A stretch of 64,000 bases of DNA from a virus (lineage: Duplodnaviria; Caudoviricetes). Numbering within the stretch: position 1 is the first letter of the stretch; each line of letters begins with the position of its first letter. Positions 1 to 10,154 of the stretch are shown here, one piece after another. The position numbers and the translations under genes are program-made. The notes under the pieces are model-generated. The model was not told where the DNA came from and searched no databases. It saw only the letters and a program-made list of their open reading frames with translations. Where the stretch lies: positions 1 through 64,000 of IMG/VR virus record IMGVR_UViG_3300013901_000008; one strand, given 5' to 3'.

Positions 1-451
1 CCTCGCAGAAGAAAGAGCACCCGCCGCACTGCCCCACCCCCACCCCCTGACCTGCAAGAGATCTCTTGCTTTATGCCCTGGCACCCGCCGGGCGAGGTAG
101 TGGGCGGTTGATTGGTCGGGGTGAGATGGTGGGCGGCTGGTTGGTCGGGCGTGATGTGGGAGAGGCTCGACAGGTTGCCCGATGGCTTGGAGTGGTTCGG
201 GGTGAGATGTGGGCGAGGTTCGGCGGGTCGGGTTGGGTGGTCGGGTTGGGCGGGTGTGCGCCCTCCCCTGTTGCCTCCTGCTTGTGCGTGTGTCGGACCA
301 TCTGGGCGAGGTGGTGGCGGCTTGTTTTCTGGTGTGTGTGGCTTTGTTTGTTTATATTCGCATATATAATAAGGTATAATGGCGAAAATACGACTAAAAA
401 CGCACGAAAACAAATATTTTTTGATTAAAAACGAAAAAAGTTTGAAAAATG

Positions 452-483
452 TTTGGTGGTTTGTGAAAATAATCGTACCTTTG
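452..483 (+). promoter_or_regulatory. Bacteroidetes housekeeping promoter (-33 TTTG, -7 TACCTTTG)
   Basis: TTTG 452-455, 20-nt spacer, TACCTTTG 476-483, upstream of ORF 533. Confidence 0.75.
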
Positions 484-532
484 CAGTACAAAATTAGAAA
501 ATAAACGAATAACAAATAAAATACATAAGATT

Positions 533-1435
533 ATGAAACAGTTAGAATTGCTTAAAGCATTGGTAAAGACAGAAGGCGCAGCCCTAAAGCTTCGTTTGTA
601 TGGTGTGCAGGCTTACAACATCGAAGAAGGCAGCGAGTACAACGTAATAACAGAGTTCGCACTCCTTAACGGTCGTTACTACTTCATCGACCGCGACGGT
701 AAAAAGTTTTTGGCTTGTCGTTATGATCGTGTCGAGTGGTTGGCGGGTGAGTTTAATGAGCAGTTAGACCGAGACTGCGAGGCAGCACAAGAGGCAGCCG
801 CACAGGTGAAGAGAACGGGCGCGGCTTGGGTTCGTGGTTGCCTCCTTGATATATTTTTCGACGTCTGCGACGTCGAGGGCTTGCAGGTTGAAAGCAAGCA
901 ATCAGCAGTCGACGAACTGGGGCACATGGTTATTTTGTACGTCATCAAGGACACCAACAACCCGACCGACCCGACCGACGAGGCAGCCGACGAGATAGAG
1001 GCAACCGAGACCGAGACAGCAGAAGAGGCAACAGAGCAGACCGACGAGCGCAAGCCGTCGGCACTCTCTGCCCTGATTGCTAAGGCATCAGGCAAGGCAA
1101 AAGCAATAGCCGAGACAGCAAAGAAAGTAGCAAGAAAAGCCGCTTTTCTTCTCGCTGTTGTTGTGGTTCTGGCTCTTGCGGCTCTTACGTTAGCCGGTTC
1201 GATTATATATGTACTTAATCCTTTGTTTGATGTCCTGAACCCTGCGGGCTTGCTTCGTGTTGTGCTTGCAATTGCTTTCATGTTTACGTTCTCCCTTGAC
1301 GCTGCCGCATTTGTGGAAATTAACTGCATTGCTTTAATTTCTCGTTTGTTCCCTTCTCTTTTCGATGGATACGACAAGCCCGATTTTACACTACCCCGTA
1401 ACGTGATTTATTGGACCATCAAAGAAAATATATAA
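533..1435 (+). CDS. hypothetical protein with acidic linker and two C-terminal TM segments
   Basis: 300-aa ORF after promoter with AT-rich leader; hydrophobic stretches near the C-terminus. Confidence 0.7.
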   Translation: MKQLELLKALVKTEGAALKLRLYGVQAYNIEEGSEYNVITEFALLNGRYYFIDRDGKKFLACRYDRVEWLAGEFNEQLDRDCEAAQEAAAQVKRTGAAWVRGCLLDIFFDVCDVEGLQVESKQSAVDELGHMVILYVIKDTNNPTDPTDEAADEIEATETETAEEATEQTDERKPSALSALIAKASGKAKAIAETAKKVARKAAFLLAVVVVLALAALTLAGSIIYVLNPLFDVLNPAGLLRVVLAIAFMFTFSLDAAAFVEINCIALISRLFPSLFDGYDKPDFTLPRNVIYWTIKENI

Positions 1436-1478
1436 TAACTTATTAACTGAATACATCAACCCTTTAAATTATCGCATT

Positions 1479-1751
1479 ATGGCAACTACAACAATACAAC
1501 AGACAACAGCAACCGCCCAGGCTTTCGAGGCTCTGGGCAAGTCCTTAACCCTTGCGGCTTGCAACCTCGCAAAGGTAGTGTACCAACTCGCCGCCCTTCT
1601 GGTCTTGATGATCTGCAAGGTGTGGCAGTGGCTCAATACTTCGCACACTGTCGGGGATGATTCCGAAGCCGTGACCCTCACAGGCTGGCAATACCTCGGC
1701 TTAGGGGTTATATCCTTTGCCGCTGGCTTTATTCTTTCTATTGAGTGGTAA
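1479..1751 (+). CDS. small membrane protein
   Basis: 90 aa, two hydrophobic segments, co-oriented in operon. Confidence 0.6.
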   Translation: MATTTIQQTTATAQAFEALGKSLTLAACNLAKVVYQLAALLVLMICKVWQWLNTSHTVGDDSEAVTLTGWQYLGLGVISFAAGFILSIEW

Positions 1752-1842
1752 GACATCAAGCAGGCGAACAAAAGCGGCACACGTCGCAAGAAAACAAGTA
1801 ATACAAGAATATCAGACAACAAACAAATAAATACATAAGATT

Positions 1843-4419
1843 ATGAAGTATTTTAATAATATTACATCTAAGGAGGAATTAAAGAAGAAGTTTCGCGAGT
1901 ATTGCGTAACCATGCACCCAGACAAGGGCGGCAACGCTGAAGAGTTTAAAGCGATGGTGGCGGAGTATAACGAGTTTAACGCTAACTTTGAGCGCATCGC
2001 ACAGCAGCAGGCGGAAGAGGAGGAGGCACGCAAGAGAGCCGAGGAATACCGCAAGGCAGAAGAAGAGCGCAAGCGCAAGGAGGAAGAAGAAGCACGCAAG
2101 GCAGCCGAAGCCCTGCAAGGTATCATTGCCAAGTGGTCGAGCATCTTGGAGGCTGTAAAACCCTTGAATGGTTGGTATGATTCGCAAGATACTAACTACG
2201 CCGCAACTGTTAAGCGCAATATTAAGAAGATATTGTGCAAGTACTTCCCAGGCGTCAACTTTTCCGTATCACTTAAAAATGGACGTTGGAAAGAATCTGC
2301 AACTATTAGTTGGGCAGATGGTCCAACCGTTGACCAACTGGAAGATATAAAGGAATTGAAGTACTTTATTTCTCACTATCACGTTTGCGACCCTTACGAG
2401 GACTACGGACACGAAGAGGAATGCAAGAATAACAGAGCATGGCGCAAGCAGTTTGGGCAGATTCTGGCGGATAGATTCGACTTTAAGCGCACATTCTCCG
2501 AACTTGGAAAGGCTGAAGTATTAGGCAAAATATACGAGGTATTCCCACAGTTCGACGGCATGACAAAGCGCAGCGACTCCGCTTTTATCTCTGCCGATGA
2601 TACTACCAAGTTAGAAAAATTCTTTGGCTTCTGGCACAGTGCAACCCCGGAGGAGTGGCGAGCCATGAGCCAAGAGGAAAAAGAGGAGGCGCAAAAATAT
2701 GATGATCAGTTTCGGGAACAGCGTAGAGTTTGCGATAACCTGGAAACTGATACGCAATGGGGCGATAAAACCACATTACGCCGAGTTCTCGATGTTTTCG
2801 AGAGGTATTATACCGTAAGCGACGAGACCACCAAGGCAGCAGCAGAAGCAGCCGCCGCACCAGTTTTCACGCCTAAGCACTGCAAGACATGGCAAGCAAT
2901 CAAAAAGGCGTTAGGGGCTAATGTTTTCGGGGTTCCTGCAGATACTAACAAGTGGCATTTAAAAGAGGTTTCATTTTTAGAGGCTGCCGACCTGTTAGCG
3001 AATGACCAAAAAGTATTTTTGGGTAAACCTTGGATTTATGAAGGAGAGTTGCAAATATCAGGTGTAACCAGTGGCGGAGCTAAGACACAACAGAAGAGAG
3101 CCGAAAAGTTTGCAGCCGTAGGCATTCAAATTTCATGTTACGGTTATAACTCATTGAAAGATGTTGAGGTACTCCAATTCTCACAAAATGTTATTGCGGA
3201 GCTTCGCAAAGATGCCGAAGAGGTGGAGAAGCAGCGCAAGGCATGGGAAGAGGAGCAGAAGAACGGCAAACAGACCGGACGCAAGACCGCACAGCGTGCG
3301 AAGTCTTCCGACAATACCGACAGCACCTCAGCCGACACCGACAAGGCAGCCGCACAGGATGCAACAGACGAGGCACCAGCCGACGGCCTGGAGCTCGTAG
3401 AGATCGCCGACGGTGTGGCAGTCGTAGGCGATAGCCGCACGACCTACCGCAACCGCAAGCAGATTAAAGCCCATGGCGCAACCTGGAACAAAGCGGCACA
3501 ACAGTGGCAAGCCACCGACCCCGAAGCCGTTGCACGTCTTCGCCAGTGGTTCAGGGTTGTTGAATCATCATCAACCGCACAAGCAGCAGAAGAGACAGCG
3601 GCAAACAATCAGGACGCACAAGCAACCGCAGCCAATGAGCAACCAGCCGAGCAGCCGCAAACAGAGCATCCACAAGCCGAGGCACCAGCCGAAGAATCAG
3701 CCGCACAAGATGAGACAGTCGAACAAATCACCGACACCGACCGCGCCAGCCTGTCCGCCTTGTCGGGTCTTGCCTTCGCTCTTCGCTCTGTTGCATCTTC
3801 CATTCTGTCAGCCTTTGAAGATTGGAAAACGGACGATCTACACGCAAAGAACCTACGCCAGAGTATCGCCCAAGACCTCGAAGAGATCAAGAAGTTAAAC
3901 GAGAGAATCCGCACGATGTCCGAGGAACTGGAAGCCATCAACGAGAGGCAAGAACAGCGAGCAGGGCGCACAGATGCAGCCGCAACCGATGAGCAACCAA
4001 CAGAGCAGCCACAAGCCGAGGAACCAACCGTACAGGCAACCCAGGGCGCACAAGCAACCGCAGCCGACGAGCAAGCCACCCAGCAAGCCGACACGGGCAG
4101 CGGCAAGCCTGACCGCACCGAAATGCTAAGAGCAGCAGCGGAAGACGCGAACAACCGATTAGAGCAAGGAGATACAATCGGCGCATATCTGGCACGCTGT
4201 TATATTCTCTTATTATTTGGGGTACAGGTTCACGACATAATAGAGGCTTTGCGCTCTTTGCAGTCTTCTTCGTTCGAAAAAAATGCGAGTTATGAGGAGT
4301 TGGCATCGGTTATTAATATGCGCTTTGACATCGAAGAGCGTGCAGTGTTGCACCTAAAAGCCGATGCTTTCCGCATCCTCTTTGGACACGACCCGAAATC
4401 CAGCAACAAAGCCGCATAA
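1843..4419 (+). CDS. polyvalent protein: N-terminal DnaJ-like J domain, LPD29-like domain, low-complexity repeats
   Basis: HPDKGG J-domain motif; IKKILCKYFPGVNFSV...ISWADGPT resembles LPD29; HGATWNKAAQQW segment; A/E/Q/P repeats. Confidence 0.7.
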   Translation: MKYFNNITSKEELKKKFREYCVTMHPDKGGNAEEFKAMVAEYNEFNANFERIAQQQAEEEEARKRAEEYRKAEEERKRKEEEEARKAAEALQGIIAKWSSILEAVKPLNGWYDSQDTNYAATVKRNIKKILCKYFPGVNFSVSLKNGRWKESATISWADGPTVDQLEDIKELKYFISHYHVCDPYEDYGHEEECKNNRAWRKQFGQILADRFDFKRTFSELGKAEVLGKIYEVFPQFDGMTKRSDSAFISADDTTKLEKFFGFWHSATPEEWRAMSQEEKEEAQKYDDQFREQRRVCDNLETDTQWGDKTTLRRVLDVFERYYTVSDETTKAAAEAAAAPVFTPKHCKTWQAIKKALGANVFGVPADTNKWHLKEVSFLEAADLLANDQKVFLGKPWIYEGELQISGVTSGGAKTQQKRAEKFAAVGIQISCYGYNSLKDVEVLQFSQNVIAELRKDAEEVEKQRKAWEEEQKNGKQTGRKTAQRAKSSDNTDSTSADTDKAAAQDATDEAPADGLELVEIADGVAVVGDSRTTYRNRKQIKAHGATWNKAAQQWQATDPEAVARLRQWFRVVESSSTAQAAEETAANNQDAQATAANEQPAEQPQTEHPQAEAPAEESAAQDETVEQITDTDRASLSALSGLAFALRSVASSILSAFEDWKTDDLHAKNLRQSIAQDLEEIKKLNERIRTMSEELEAINERQEQRAGRTDAAATDEQPTEQPQAEEPTVQATQGAQATAADEQATQQADTGSGKPDRTEMLRAAAEDANNRLEQGDTIGAYLARCYILLLFGVQVHDIIEALRSLQSSSFEKNASYEELASVINMRFDIEERAVLHLKADAFRILFGHDPKSSNKAA

Positions 4420-4527
4420 ATCAAAATAAAAGAGTTTGAGGGAATCGACAACCCTTTCCCTCTTCTCTTTATAGGCTGCAAAATTATTCACCGAAAATTT
4501 TAAAAATTTAAATTTCAATCGTTCATT

Positions 4528-6027
4528 ATGGACTATCAAAATATATTTAACCGTGATTTCTTTCCCACGCCTCGCGATGTATTCGAGCAAATGACGATGG
4601 GCGAAACCCTCGCCGATGCGGTAGTATTAGAGCCTTCCGCAGGTTCGGGCAACATCATTAACTATTGCATGGAGCAGGGCGCACGATACGCCAAAGCTTG
4701 CGAGATTAACGATACTTTGCGCCAGTCGCTCGTAAATAAGTGTTGCGTTATCGCTTCCGACTTCTTCACCGTCCGTCCTGAACAAATAACCGATGTTACG
4801 TATATCATCATGAATCCGCCATTCACCGCAGCCGCAAAGCACGTTTTGCACGCTTGGGAGATTGCACCACAGGGCAGCACGATATTAACCGTATATCCGA
4901 CAAGTCATTTGAAATGGTGCGACACCACGGAAAAGAAGGTTAAAGAGCTGGTGGAACTCTTCGGCAGCCGTGAGGACATCGGCGACGCATTCAACCAGGG
5001 CACGGCAGAACGTCGCACAGATGCCGAGGTGTCAATCCTTCGCCTTTATAAGCCATCGGAAAAACTAGAGGTTTTCGAGCACATCGATTTCGATTTTACG
5101 CCTGAAGGCATGGCGGACCAAGGCAATGGCACCGAGGGAGTAATAAAATACGACGCTTTGCGCGATATGGTGCAACGTTATTACTCAGCGGTTGCGCAAT
5201 TCGACGCAGTGCAGGAGGCAAGTGAGCGGATCAACGCAGATATTAAGACGTTCACGAGTTGCAAGATTAATTTCGGCGCACATGGCAAGGACGACGAGGG
5301 GCACGAGTTATGCAATATCACCCGCGAGCGATTCCGCAAGGAGTTGCAAATTGCAGCCTGGCGCAAAGTTTTCGGCTTGCTCAACATGCAGAAGTATAGC
5401 ACGAATGCCCTACAAGAGAAGATAGCCCGATTCGTGGAGACTTCCCAGGCTCGCCCGTTCACGCTGCGTAACATCTACTTAGTTGTTAACGATGTTATCC
5501 AAAATATCGGCAACATTATGAACGAGTGCGTAGTAAAAGCTTTCGACACGATTTGCAGCTTGTCTGCTGATGATTCGACAGCGGGCGAGAAGTGGAAGAC
5601 TAATAGCAATTATATGGTTAATCAACGTTTCATCGTTGATGGCATGGACTGCGAGTATGAACGAGACTACAAGACGAACGATTATTATTTGCGTTTTAGC
5701 TACATTTCTTCTTATCGCCGACGTGACCAGGTGGAAGACCTTTATAAAGCTTTGTGTTTCGTATGCGGTAAGCAGATAAATGAAGGCTTTTATCGTCCCT
5801 TCGAGAACGACGTAGTAAAACAGTGCAAGGACTTCGGCACATGGTATTATTTCGACTGGTTCCGTGTCCGCTTCTACAAGAAAGGCACGATGCACTTTGA
5901 GTTCACAGATATAAATGTCTGGTATCGCTTTAATCAGATTGCGGCACAGGCGAAGGGCTGGAAGATAGGCAGCCAGGGAGCTTGCAAGAAAAGCCGAGTA
6001 TGGCGAGACATCAAGAAGCCGGAGTAA
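4528..6027 (+). CDS. amino (N6A/N4C) DNA methyltransferase fused to a DUF4942-like domain
   Basis: FFPTP, VLEPSAGSG (SAM-binding), IMNPPF (catalytic); C-terminal FRVRFYKKGTMHFEF typical of DUF4942. Confidence 0.8.
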   Translation: MDYQNIFNRDFFPTPRDVFEQMTMGETLADAVVLEPSAGSGNIINYCMEQGARYAKACEINDTLRQSLVNKCCVIASDFFTVRPEQITDVTYIIMNPPFTAAAKHVLHAWEIAPQGSTILTVYPTSHLKWCDTTEKKVKELVELFGSREDIGDAFNQGTAERRTDAEVSILRLYKPSEKLEVFEHIDFDFTPEGMADQGNGTEGVIKYDALRDMVQRYYSAVAQFDAVQEASERINADIKTFTSCKINFGAHGKDDEGHELCNITRERFRKELQIAAWRKVFGLLNMQKYSTNALQEKIARFVETSQARPFTLRNIYLVVNDVIQNIGNIMNECVVKAFDTICSLSADDSTAGEKWKTNSNYMVNQRFIVDGMDCEYERDYKTNDYYLRFSYISSYRRRDQVEDLYKALCFVCGKQINEGFYRPFENDVVKQCKDFGTWYYFDWFRVRFYKKGTMHFEFTDINVWYRFNQIAAQAKGWKIGSQGACKKSRVWRDIKKPE

Positions 6028-6130
6028 CTCGGTATATCCTCACTTGGTGAGCGGCTCACGTAGCCGACACCTCGTTATAACATCGAAAAATATTCACTTA
6101 TTATAGAACAATTTTAAAAATTAGAAAATT

Positions 6131-6685
6131 ATGAAGACAATGAATAATAACAACAGTATCGAGAATAAGAAGAACAGCGTAAAGAACATTAACGGCGGAG
6201 CTGCTGACAAAGGCTATAACTTCGGTTCGCCATCCATCAATGATGCGAAGGGCTGGAAGCTGGACCATATCATTAGTTTCGACTTTGCTCACAACGCCTA
6301 CATCAAGGGGCGTAAGGACATCGGCGAACTTGTGCAAATGGTATGCCAGGAGTGCGGCATCAAGCAGGAGGACACGAGCGTCTGGGCTAAGGATATTCGC
6401 ACGATGATAAAGTATTATATCAAGACTTACGACATGATACTTGATGATTACTACAGCACTCCAGGAGAGGCGAATTTGGCTTTATCCACCCAGGGTGTAG
6501 GCGATGCCCTCTGCTTTCGTAGTGCGGCTTTCGAGCAGTCTGAGTGCATCATGTATCATACCTTCGATGAGACGAAGGCTTATTATATCGAGGCGGGTAT
6601 ATGGGAGCGAGTATTAGGTGCGAAGCAAATGACGGAGGCGCAGTATAAGACATACCGTGATAGCTTGCCACACACCGACATTTAA
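6131..6685 (+). CDS. hypothetical protein
   Basis: 184-aa ORF with AT-rich leader. Confidence 0.65.
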   Translation: MKTMNNNNSIENKKNSVKNINGGAADKGYNFGSPSINDAKGWKLDHIISFDFAHNAYIKGRKDIGELVQMVCQECGIKQEDTSVWAKDIRTMIKYYIKTYDMILDDYYSTPGEANLALSTQGVGDALCFRSAAFEQSECIMYHTFDETKAYYIEAGIWERVLGAKQMTEAQYKTYRDSLPHTDI

Positions 6686-6916
6686 GGTTCTTAGGCAGTT
6701 TTTCTGCCTCCACCCCTACCCCAGGGCAGTCCCTGGAGCCTCCTGTGCGCTTGTTTTATCAGGTTCAGGCGATAAGCATACGGGAGGCGGTGGAGCGACA
6801 CCACGGCAGGGATCTATATATCATAATCACTTTAGCGTATATATCGGCTAAAGTAAAAGTATTTATTTGTTTTACACCGTGCTTTGGTGGTCCGAGAGGG
6901 ATAACCGAAGCCACCA

Positions 6917-7021
6917 CGCCCGCCACGGCTGGCATCATCGCAGAAGGTTCTATAATAATTTAAAAAGTCTATAATAATATGTTGCGGCGACGATGCAGGG
7001 GTTCGACTCCCCGACGGGCGA
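6917..7021 (+). ncRNA. tRNA-like element (acceptor stem and T-arm, non-canonical middle)
   Basis: CGCCCGC 6917-23 pairs with ACGGGCG 7014-20; GGGG-TTCGACT-CCCC T-arm; long central stem GCATCATCGC/GCGACGATGC. Confidence 0.45.
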
Positions 7022-7131
7022 CAAGTTTCCCTTTTTGGGGAATAAACAAGAAAAAAAGGTGTAAAGAAAAGACACAAAAGTGTAAACAAATATTAAAAAT
7101 ACATCTAAAATAGCATTTTATGTGTATTTTA

Positions 7132-7163
7132 TTTGGTAGTTTCAATTTTTATTTGTACCTTTG
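7132..7163 (+). promoter_or_regulatory. Bacteroidetes housekeeping promoter
   Basis: TTTG 7132-35, 20-nt spacer, TACCTTTG 7156-63. Confidence 0.75.
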
Positions 7164-7247
7164 CATCAGAAATAAAGATAATAAGTAAACTAATAATTAA
7201 TGCTGCACCAGATAGCTAAATAAGTCTCAAGGGTATGAGCAAGGTAT

Positions 7248-7961
7248 ATGACAGATTTTAATAAGATTCTCAATCGTAGTGATTATTCTCGCTTGGTAGC
7301 TTCTGTTAAGGATAAGTGCGAGGAGGTAGCCAAGGTAGTTCGTAAGAAGATGGAGGAACTTGACATCCCTAATGATCCTAATTATTATTACGGCGAGGTC
7401 GCCGCTGCTAATGATATTATTGTTCGTGTTGTTAGCAAGCGCAGCAACGTTGGCACCTACGATTTTCTTGCTATCAAGGGAGAGGAAGAGGATGGCGATT
7501 CAACTGTTACGACCTGGCATAGCTTGGAGGACATCAATAAAGATTACTACTATGGTGGCGACTTCACAGCTCGTATTATCGGAGCCAACAGTAAGGAGGC
7601 TTTGCGATTCCTGAATGCAGCTGGCGACCTGGTAAAGTCTCTTGACTTAATCGAGGATGGGCAGGTGCAGAGAGGAGAGGACATACTTTCCAAGTCGAGC
7701 AAGCCTACTGCCGAGAAGTTGAATCGTGGTTATGTTACCTATGCGCTCACCGATGGCGACCGTAAGATTTTCGGTCTCATCAAAGATTGTTTCATTAATG
7801 AGTGGAGCCGTGAAGCTTCTCACTACTACTGGAGCGAGGTGTATGTTGAGCCTGGTTATATGGCTACAATCATTCGCAAAGGTCAGTTGCTCGTCGAGCC
7901 AACTAACGAGAAGTTGTCTGAGTTACATGCGAAGAGTAAGATTAATTTGGGAGCTAAGTAA
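7248..7961 (+). CDS. hypothetical protein
   Basis: 237-aa ORF after promoter. Confidence 0.7.
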   Translation: MTDFNKILNRSDYSRLVASVKDKCEEVAKVVRKKMEELDIPNDPNYYYGEVAAANDIIVRVVSKRSNVGTYDFLAIKGEEEDGDSTVTTWHSLEDINKDYYYGGDFTARIIGANSKEALRFLNAAGDLVKSLDLIEDGQVQRGEDILSKSSKPTAEKLNRGYVTYALTDGDRKIFGLIKDCFINEWSREASHYYWSEVYVEPGYMATIIRKGQLLVEPTNEKLSELHAKSKINLGAK

Positions 7962-7964
7962 TAT

Positions 7965-8246
7965 ATGAATAATCAGAGTTTATCACCCCTTGAGCTATCT
8001 ACGGTAGCCAAGGGGTATTACAAGGAGTGTGTGAACAAGAACACCTATGGCATGGAAAAATATGTAGCCACAGACGGAAAGAACACGATGTTCGTGAAGT
8101 CTGACTATGAGCCTGGCGTAGGCGAGTCGGTATTTTATATCAAGCGAGTGTATGGCGGCCTATCCTGCCAGCTCTACAAGACTGGCGGGGTAGTTATTGA
8201 GACATCAAGCAAGGCTGATCCTTGCGAAGGCGTGGAATTTAAATAA
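7965..8246 (+). CDS. hypothetical protein
   Basis: 93 aa, tightly packed in operon. Confidence 0.65.
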   Translation: MNNQSLSPLELSTVAKGYYKECVNKNTYGMEKYVATDGKNTMFVKSDYEPGVGESVFYIKRVYGGLSCQLYKTGGVVIETSSKADPCEGVEFK

Positions 8247-8248
8247 TT

Positions 8249-8737
8249 ATGATTATGGCGAAAAGAGAAATACCGTTGTTCATTATAGATACGAACAGAA
8301 ATCACAAGCGTGGAGAGTGTGACTTTATTGTTTGCACTGATAAAGATAGTGGATTTATCGCCAAGGTTGATTACATAGACGGCGAGAAAGAAGAGGTTGG
8401 CGATGATTACCGTATCGGATGCCCCCATCAAGGCGTGAGTCTTCGTATCCAGGTTCAGCAGATGATAGGCGAACATCCTAATGTAGGTAGCGTAAGAACG
8501 CTTCTCAAGAAAGGCATGGATTACTTCGTGAAGTCTGTGATGTGCGAAGTTCATCTACGGAATCCGAGTCGCGAGGAGTGCGCTCAGTTCCTTGATACGC
8601 TCGTCCGCATGAATATGCAGTATGTGGATGATGCGGGGTCAGATTATAAGGCTCGTCAAACCGTACTGAACACCATCGCTATGTTGAAGGCATCTATTAA
8701 TTATTTAAATCGGGAAGAATATGGAACAGCAGAATAA
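8249..8737 (+). CDS. hypothetical protein
   Basis: 162 aa, tightly packed in operon. Confidence 0.7.
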   Translation: MIMAKREIPLFIIDTNRNHKRGECDFIVCTDKDSGFIAKVDYIDGEKEEVGDDYRIGCPHQGVSLRIQVQQMIGEHPNVGSVRTLLKKGMDYFVKSVMCEVHLRNPSREECAQFLDTLVRMNMQYVDDAGSDYKARQTVLNTIAMLKASINYLNREEYGTAE

Positions 8738-8906
8738 GAGAGGCAGGAAGCCTGCCGAGGGCAAGAAACGTCAATATGTGATTCCCCAGGACGTACACGA
8801 GTGGATCATGGCACACGGCGGAAGTAAATATATCACTGATGCAATGAGAGCTATCAAGGCCACTACCCTGGCGGCGAGTTTACAGCCTTATCAGCAGGCG
8901 AAGTAA
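8721..8906 (+). CDS. small basic DNA-binding protein (RHH-like)
   Basis: KRGRKP followed by a strand-helix-helix pattern; overlaps upstream stop. Confidence 0.5.
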   Translation: MEQQNKRGRKPAEGKKRQYVIPQDVHEWIMAHGGSKYITDAMRAIKATTLAASLQPYQQAK

Positions 8907-8943
8907 GTAACAGAGTGTTTAATGTTATAGATTATTTTAGATT

Positions 8944-9069
8944 ATGAAGAAGTTCCTCAAATATTCAATTGCAGCGGTCGCCGTGGTAGGCGTGGTAGTG
9001 CTGGCATTCTCTTGCATCGGCGTGGCAGTGTTTTTCCTTCCGCTGTTGGCAGGAGCATTCAAGGGATAA
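8944..9069 (+). CDS. 41-aa hydrophobic membrane peptide (not in ORF track)
   Basis: MKKFLKYSIAAVAVVGVVVLAFSCIGVAVFFLPLLAGAFKG with AT-rich leader. Confidence 0.55.
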   Translation: MKKFLKYSIAAVAVVGVVVLAFSCIGVAVFFLPLLAGAFKG

Positions 9070-9133
9070 GGTTTCGACCTTATCCCTTATATATAATAAC
9101 TAATAACAACAACAATTTAAATCGAAAACTAAA

Positions 9134-10153
9134 ATGAAGAAGAATCTTTTTTATTCGGTGTCGGCTGCATTGTTGGCAGCAGGTATGATGTCACTTGCTT
9201 CTTGCAGCAAGGACGTAGTGAGCGAGTTTGTGGATGCTGGTGCCCAGCAGGAGCGGAGCGAGAGCGAGGGTAAGGCTGTCGTAAAGTTAGTGTTCTCTCC
9301 TGCTCCATCGGTATCAAACGAGGCGATGGAGGCGAGACGTTCGGGCGGCATCCTGAACGCACGAGGGCTTACTCGTGCATCTATGATGGCGAACGGTAAG
9401 GAGCTTACGGATCTCTATATCCTGGACTACGACAAGGCGACTGGCAAGCTATTGCAGGTGCTTCACCAGACGAGTGAGGCAGAGGACTTCGCTGAGCCAA
9501 GCATGAGCTTTGCTTACGGAGAGCATACCCTAAAAGTGATTGCCACTCGTAGCGAGACATCTACCCTACTCGATTCGGAAGGCTCATTATGGAGTCTCGC
9601 AGAGAACACTGCTTTTGCGATTGCTGACGATGCCCATGCGCCTGTGGTGTGGACGAGCGAGAAGACTTCGGATAGCTTCGGGGCATCGGTAGATGTCACC
9701 ATCCAGGCAGCCAAGAATCAGGCGATCAATATCCAGTTGGAGCGCATGGTGGCGAAGTTGGTACTGAAGAACACGGGTACTTTTCCCGATGATTGCAGCA
9801 CCATTCAGATGTCACTCGATGAGTACAAGGCGTGGAACTGGCAGAGTTTCTCCGTCATAGACGCTGTGAAAAATCAGCGAACTTCTGACGTGTCGAAGTA
9901 TGCCGGCAAGACGGGCAGCTCTATCTCCTACTTCTTCCTGGCTCCTGATGGCGATGGTTACACTACGAATATCTCGTTTCAGATGAACCGCAAGGATAGC
10001 GAGGAGCCTTACACCTCCTTTACCCTATCCGATGTGCGCTTGCAGCGCAATCACATCACTACGGTTACAGGTTCTTTCTACGACCACCAAGCTGGTTTTT
10101 CCCTTTCGGTGAATGATGGCTGGGATGAGGAACAGAATAATGTGGAGTTCTAA
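9134..10153 (+). CDS. lipoprotein, FimB/Mfa2-like fimbrial subunit family
   Basis: Signal peptide with LASC lipobox; LERMVAKL and LQRNHITTVTG motifs; C-terminal VNDGWDEE typical of Bacteroidetes type V pilins. Confidence 0.6.
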   Translation: MKKNLFYSVSAALLAAGMMSLASCSKDVVSEFVDAGAQQERSESEGKAVVKLVFSPAPSVSNEAMEARRSGGILNARGLTRASMMANGKELTDLYILDYDKATGKLLQVLHQTSEAEDFAEPSMSFAYGEHTLKVIATRSETSTLLDSEGSLWSLAENTAFAIADDAHAPVVWTSEKTSDSFGASVDVTIQAAKNQAINIQLERMVAKLVLKNTGTFPDDCSTIQMSLDEYKAWNWQSFSVIDAVKNQRTSDVSKYAGKTGSSISYFFLAPDGDGYTTNISFQMNRKDSEEPYTSFTLSDVRLQRNHITTVTGSFYDHQAGFSLSVNDGWDEEQNNVEF

Positions 10154-10154
10154 A

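Noticed and set aside
66-428. ORFs 66..428, 71..301 and 112..369
   Set aside because: Products simply reflect the G/T-skewed repeat sequence and lack a typical leader.
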